Positions 60,342 to 64,000 of a DNA stretch of 64,000 nucleotides are shown piece by piece. The notes under the pieces are model-generated. The model had not been told where the DNA came from. It searched no databases and saw only the letters and a program-made list of their open reading frames with translations. Origin of the DNA: Elusimicrobiota bacterium (lineage in GTDB: Bacteria; Elusimicrobiota; Elusimicrobia; UBA1565; JACRDR01). Position numbers and translations under genes: made by a program. Positions within the stretch are counted from its first letter, which is position 1. Every line of letters begins with the position of its first letter. The DNA is taken from assembly GCA_016194745.1 (NCBI GenBank), contig JACQBA010000012.1, forward strand, positions 9,165-73,164. The letters run 5' to 3'.

Positions 60342-61782
60342 TGACGGCCTCCGGTTCGGGCGGCGCCGCCTGTTTCGGGAATAGAAACTTCAATTCTTCC
60401 GAGCCGAGCACGCCGGCCGCGACGATCGCCGCGGCGTAGGAGAGGGAGAAGACCGCGATCCGGAGCCAGAGCGGCCGGCCCGCCAGGGCGGCCGCGCCGG
60501 CCGACACGGCGAGCGCGACGACTCCGAATCGAGCGGCCAAGGGCGCCACGTCGATGCGCCGGAAGCTCTTCTTCATCACCCCGAGCAGCAGGCAGAACGA
60601 GAATACCTCGGGGATCAGCGTCGTCAAGCTGGCGCCCAGGTGGCCCAACGGCGGCAGGAGGATCAGATTGATCAGCGCGACGAAAACGGTCGCGTATCCG
60701 AGCGTGCGCACGACTTCCCTTTCCTGGTTCAGCGAGAAGAGCACGCTCGTGGCGGCCGAGTTGGCGTAGCTGAAGAGGACGGCCGCGCTCATGATCCGCA
60801 GTCCGGGCACGGCCGGCAGAAACTTCGATCCATAGACGATCCCGATCACCTCCGGCGCGAACCAATAAAGTCCCAGGGCGACGTAGAGGGCGAGCGCCCA
60901 GAGGTAGCGCAGGCAGCGGAGATACGTGCGCCGGATCTCGCCGGCGTGGTTCTCGAGATTCAGCTTCGAGATGACTGGGTACACCGCCCCCGTGACGCTC
61001 GTGGCCGCCATCCCCAAGGCGCTGATGAAGCGATATCCCGCGGTGTAGAAGCCGGTCGCGTCGTCTCCTTTGAAGAGGGTGAGGAGGATCGTGTTCGTCT
61101 GCAGGAATAAGACGAGCAGGATGCCGTAGAGCGAAAAGCTCAAGCCGTCGAGGAAGAGCGTGCGGCTCGCCTCCCACGAGACGGCGGCGAAGGGAGCCGA
61201 ACCGTAGCGCCTCGAGACTACGCGATAAGAGACCACCGCGATCACAAGCGACGCGCCGCATTGGATGGCCGAGAAGATCAGCAGGGAGCGGGAGAAGAGC
61301 AGGACAGGCAGGCTGAGGCCCACGCTCGCGACGTTGAGGCAGACCCGCAGGATCCCCTCGTACTTCATCTCCTGCCGGCCTCGGAAGAAGGAGCAAAACA
61401 TGAAGATGAGCGAGTCGAACAGGCGCGCCAGGACCAAGAGCGAGACGATCAGCATCCGTTCACGCGAGTAGCCGAGGGCGACGAACAGCGCCTCGAGCCC
61501 GAGCATCAGCGCGAGTCCGACCGCGGCCCGCGTCGCGATGGAGTTGCCGAGGAGAGCGTCCACGTTCCCGGGGGAGCGCGCCACTTCCCGCACGATCAGC
61601 TGGTTGGCGCCGTAGAGGCAGGCGATGGCGACGACGGAGCCGAGCGCGTAGGAGAATGAGTAGAGACCCAGCGCCGCGACGTCCAAGAAGCGCGCGAGCA
61701 GGATCACCGCGGCGATCCCGGCCACGAGGTTCATGACCTCGGTCAAGAACAGGACCCGGGCGTTGGCGAAGATCCTCCGCAT
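60334..61782 (-). CDS. Polysaccharide flippase (MOP/Wzx family)
   Basis: Start at MRRIFANARVLFLTEV. 482 aa with about 12-14 TM helices. The upstream 480 aa of ORF 60334..63231 are out-of-gene shadow. Confidence 0.85.
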   Translation of the reverse strand: MRRIFANARVLFLTEVMNLVAGIAAVILLARFLDVAALGLYSFSYALGSVVAIACLYGANQLIVREVARSPGNVDALLGNSIATRAAVGLALMLGLEALFVALGYSRERMLIVSLLVLARLFDSLIFMFCSFFRGRQEMKYEGILRVCLNVASVGLSLPVLLFSRSLLIFSAIQCGASLVIAVVSYRVVSRRYGSAPFAAVSWEASRTLFLDGLSFSLYGILLVLFLQTNTILLTLFKGDDATGFYTAGYRFISALGMAATSVTGAVYPVISKLNLENHAGEIRRTYLRCLRYLWALALYVALGLYWFAPEVIGIVYGSKFLPAVPGLRIMSAAVLFSYANSAATSVLFSLNQEREVVRTLGYATVFVALINLILLPPLGHLGASLTTLIPEVFSFCLLLGVMKKSFRRIDVAPLAARFGVVALAVSAGAAALAGRPLWLRIAVFSLSYAAAIVAAGVLGSEELKFLFPKQAAPPEPEAVNA

Positions 61783-63290
61783 CAGCGGACGGCCTCCTCG
61801 GGGCGCTTCCACTCCATGTTGTGCGCGGCGGTGAGCAGCCCGAGCATGAAGTAGAACATGACGCAGCTGCTCGGCGGTTCCATGTCCACGTTCACGTGGA
61901 GTGCGTAGGCGAGGATTCCGAAGAAGAAGCCGAGGTGGAGGTCCCAGCCCTCGCCGTAGGGCCTGCGCCTGAAGTTCGCCATGCGCAGCGCCGCGAACAG
62001 GAACGCGAGCAGTGCGGCAAGCCCCACGACCCCCGTCTCGGAGAACGCGAGCAGATAGACGTTGTGCACGGGGAAGCGGAATTTGCGCGAGATCTGGACT
62101 GGCGTGTCGTCGTAGCTCGGCGCGACGTTCTTGAAGTGATTGAGGCCCACCCCGAGCAGCGGGTGGTCCGCGATCATGTTGCCGGCGACGCGCCACTGGT
62201 GGAATCGCACGCGCAGCGCGCCCGCGTCGTCCCGGGTGAACCGGCGATACACCGGGCCCGCGACGAGACCCGCGAGGAGAAGCCCGCACGCCGCGACGAG
62301 GGCGGTCCGCCCGAGCAGGCGGCGCTCCTTCAGGTTCCTCGCCACGATGAACAACATGGCGAGCGCGCACGCGACGCCGGTCCCGACCAGGCCGCCGCGC
62401 GACATCGTGAAGTAGAGGCAGGCGAATCCCGCGAGCGTCGCGGCGGTGAAGTAGCGCCGCGCCGTCGGGCTCGACGTGAGGGAAAAGCTCAGGCTGAGCA
62501 TCACGGGGAGGAGCATGTCCAGGTAGAACGCCATCATGTTCGGATGGCCGAGCGTGCCGCCCGCGCGGAAGATCGTCTCGGTCCCCACCGTCGACTCGAG
62601 TTTCTTGTCGACCTCGCCGAAATAGACCATCGCGCTTCCTAAGGTCCCGCCCGCGAAATACTTCTGGAGCAGCATGACGACGAGCTGGAAAAGGAGGCCG
62701 AAGGCCAGGCAGCCGAGGATCCAGCGGAGTTCCTTGGCCGTCCGGAGATTCCGGGCCAGGAACCAGTACAGGAGCAGGCACTTGACCATGCGGATCAGCT
62801 CGTAGCCGCCGAGCACCGGATGGGCCGCGTTGACGAAGGACAGCGCGGCCGCGAGGAACAGTCCCGCGATCGGCAGGAGCAAGGTCCGCGCGGGCCGTGC
62901 CGTCCGCCCCGCTTCCCGCAGCGAGGAGGCGAACCAGAGGAGGTACGAGACGAGGAGCATGACGTCGACCAGCGACAAGACGATCCGGTCGGTGTTGTCG
63001 TACGGCCACAGGTAGTCCGTCTTGTAGAGCGTCTTGTTGTTGCCCAGGAACAAGGCGAGCGTCATGATCGTCAGGAAGTACATCCGCCGGTCCTTCGACA
63101 GGACGGCGCCGAAGGCGAGGGCGAGGCCCGCCGCGACCGCGATCGCAAATCGCGGCGGCACGCTGGCGATCACGGCCATGGCGATACCCCAGGCCGCCGA
63201 GAACGCGAGCACCCACGGCCACGGGCTCCAAGCGGCGGAGCCGGCAGCGGGTTCCCGAGACTGGGAGAAGTCGGGTAAGGCCGCGATCAT
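61782..63290 (-). CDS. O-antigen ligase / polymerase family membrane protein (Wzy_C domain)
   Basis: Multi-TM protein with GGTLGHPNMMAFYL and FTMSRGG loop motifs. 502 aa. Confidence 0.82.
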   Translation of the reverse strand: MIAALPDFSQSREPAAGSAAWSPWPWVLAFSAAWGIAMAVIASVPPRFAIAVAAGLALAFGAVLSKDRRMYFLTIMTLALFLGNNKTLYKTDYLWPYDNTDRIVLSLVDVMLLVSYLLWFASSLREAGRTARPARTLLLPIAGLFLAAALSFVNAAHPVLGGYELIRMVKCLLLYWFLARNLRTAKELRWILGCLAFGLLFQLVVMLLQKYFAGGTLGSAMVYFGEVDKKLESTVGTETIFRAGGTLGHPNMMAFYLDMLLPVMLSLSFSLTSSPTARRYFTAATLAGFACLYFTMSRGGLVGTGVACALAMLFIVARNLKERRLLGRTALVAACGLLLAGLVAGPVYRRFTRDDAGALRVRFHQWRVAGNMIADHPLLGVGLNHFKNVAPSYDDTPVQISRKFRFPVHNVYLLAFSETGVVGLAALLAFLFAALRMANFRRRPYGEGWDLHLGFFFGILAYALHVNVDMEPPSSCVMFYFMLGLLTAAHNMEWKRPEEAVR

Positions 63291-63297
63291 CCGGGCG

Positions 63298-63990
63298 TCA
63301 GAGGACCTTATAAAGGAACCTGGGCACGTGATGCTGCTTGTTGTTGACGACGACGCCGAGCACTTTCGCCCCGTTCATGTGGAGCAGGTGCATGAGGTGC
63401 TTGGCGGGCTTCTTGCGGCTGGTCTCCTCGTTGACGATCAGGATCGTCGAGTCGCACAGCGAGTGGAGCATGAGCGAATCCTGCCGCCGCGAGAGGTTAT
63501 AGCCGCGGACCACGACGGTGCCGTACTTGTCGGCGGCGGACTTGAGGAAGCCCCGGTAGTGGTCCTCGCCGTAGGCGGCCAGACCCGTTCCTTTGAGACG
63601 CGGGCCGATCGCCGCGAGGGCGAGTCCCTGGTCCACCGGCTGGATCGCCTGGTGGATCACCGCCGAGCCGTCGAAGTACTCGGAGACGCTCTTGCGCGCA
63701 TCCGCGGACGGCACGGGACGGCTCAGGAACACGCCGCCGTTGAGCTCCGGCTCGATCAATAGGACGTTCCCGTCCCTGCCGTCCTGGCGCTCCCGCTCGA
63801 TGCGGCTCAAGCAGAACGCGAGCACCTGCGCGAGCTGGGAGTTCGACTTGCTGTCGTCGGTCGCGGCCAGGCACAGCGTGCGGACGTTATTGCGGCGCAG
63901 CAGCGTGTCGATCTGGTAGACGAGCGGCATGAAGGCGTCGAGGTCGAGTTGCTTACGCTTCAAATTCAGCGACCGTCGTCTTCGCCACAT
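63298..63990 (-). CDS. BY-kinase/CpsD-like P-loop protein with degenerate Walker motifs
   Basis: Layout is CpsD-like (LCLAATDDSKSNSQLAQVLA at the Walker A position, LLIEPEL at A-prime, GVVVNN near the C-terminus). The true start may lie at or beyond the right window edge. Confidence 0.45.
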   Translation of the reverse strand: MWRRRRSLNLKRKQLDLDAFMPLVYQIDTLLRRNNVRTLCLAATDDSKSNSQLAQVLAFCLSRIERERQDGRDGNVLLIEPELNGGVFLSRPVPSADARKSVSEYFDGSAVIHQAIQPVDQGLALAAIGPRLKGTGLAAYGEDHYRGFLKSAADKYGTVVVRGYNLSRRQDSLMLHSLCDSTILIVNEETSRKKPAKHLMHLLHMNGAKVLGVVVNNKQHHVPRFLYKVL

Positions 63991-64000
63991 GCGGTTCGAC

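Noticed and set aside
1-64000. Search for tRNA, rRNA, transposase, integrase, phage, toxin-antitoxin or known defence-system genes.
   Set aside because: No translation in the ORF track shows the corresponding hallmarks (DDE/HUH/tyrosine-recombinase motifs, Cas, restriction-modification, Abi and similar). The intergenic regions are too short or lack cloverleaf-like structure. Absence was judged by eye only.

Overview
A 64-kb, very GC-rich (about 70% by eye) bacterial chromosomal fragment that is densely coded. Many genes overlap stop/start by ATGA or GTGA, which suggests translational coupling. All calls come from reading the supplied translations and the DNA. No database search was run, so family names are motif-level recognitions. 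The ORF track holds many long Arg/Ala/Gly/Pro-rich shadow ORFs antisense to real genes, and most real genes start well inside the longest ORF. I re-derived starts from internal Met/Val positions, Shine-Dalgarno (SD) sites and 4-nt overlaps.

Content, left to right:
(1) A housekeeping block on the minus strand: a membrane protein, metG, holB and tmk. Directly upstream of it sits a three-gene pseudopilin operon that includes an 886-aa giant pseudopilin.
(2) Glycan locus A (8.3-26.9 kb): GT4 and GT2 glycosyltransferases, a TPR membrane protein, a PhyH dioxygenase, methyltransferases, a PIG-L deacetylase, an ABC-2 exporter pair and a triple-GT2 protein. Embedded in it is a PqqD / B12-radical-SAM / DegT aminotransferase / 36-aa Lys-rich peptide cassette. 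This is my best candidate for an undescribed system: a RiPP-like pathway, with unusual sugar tailoring as the alternative.
(3) nrdJ with a consensus promoter. A divergent consensus promoter nearby feeds a roughly 96-nt terminator-capped candidate sRNA.
(4) Envelope and RNA genes: 2OG oxygenase, DUF350, a PGRP-type amidase and a beta-CASP MBL nuclease.
(5) An oxidative lipid-type operon: enoyl-CoA hydratase, SDR, GMC oxidoreductase, ThDP enzyme and P450. The P450 gene is bracketed by copies of an 85-bp low-GC perfect-palindrome repeat. A third, nearly identical copy lies 22 kb away, right after the peptide gene.
(6) Small secreted-protein paralogues, a HEAT protein and a serpin-like protein, plus unusual intergenic structures (a five-hairpin array and mirrored G-quadruplex arms).
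(7) Glycan locus B (51.5-64 kb): a long overlap-coupled Wzx/Wzy-type operon with a nucleotidyltransferase-phosphoglycosyltransferase fusion.

I recognised no rRNA, tRNA, CRISPR array, transposase or integrase.
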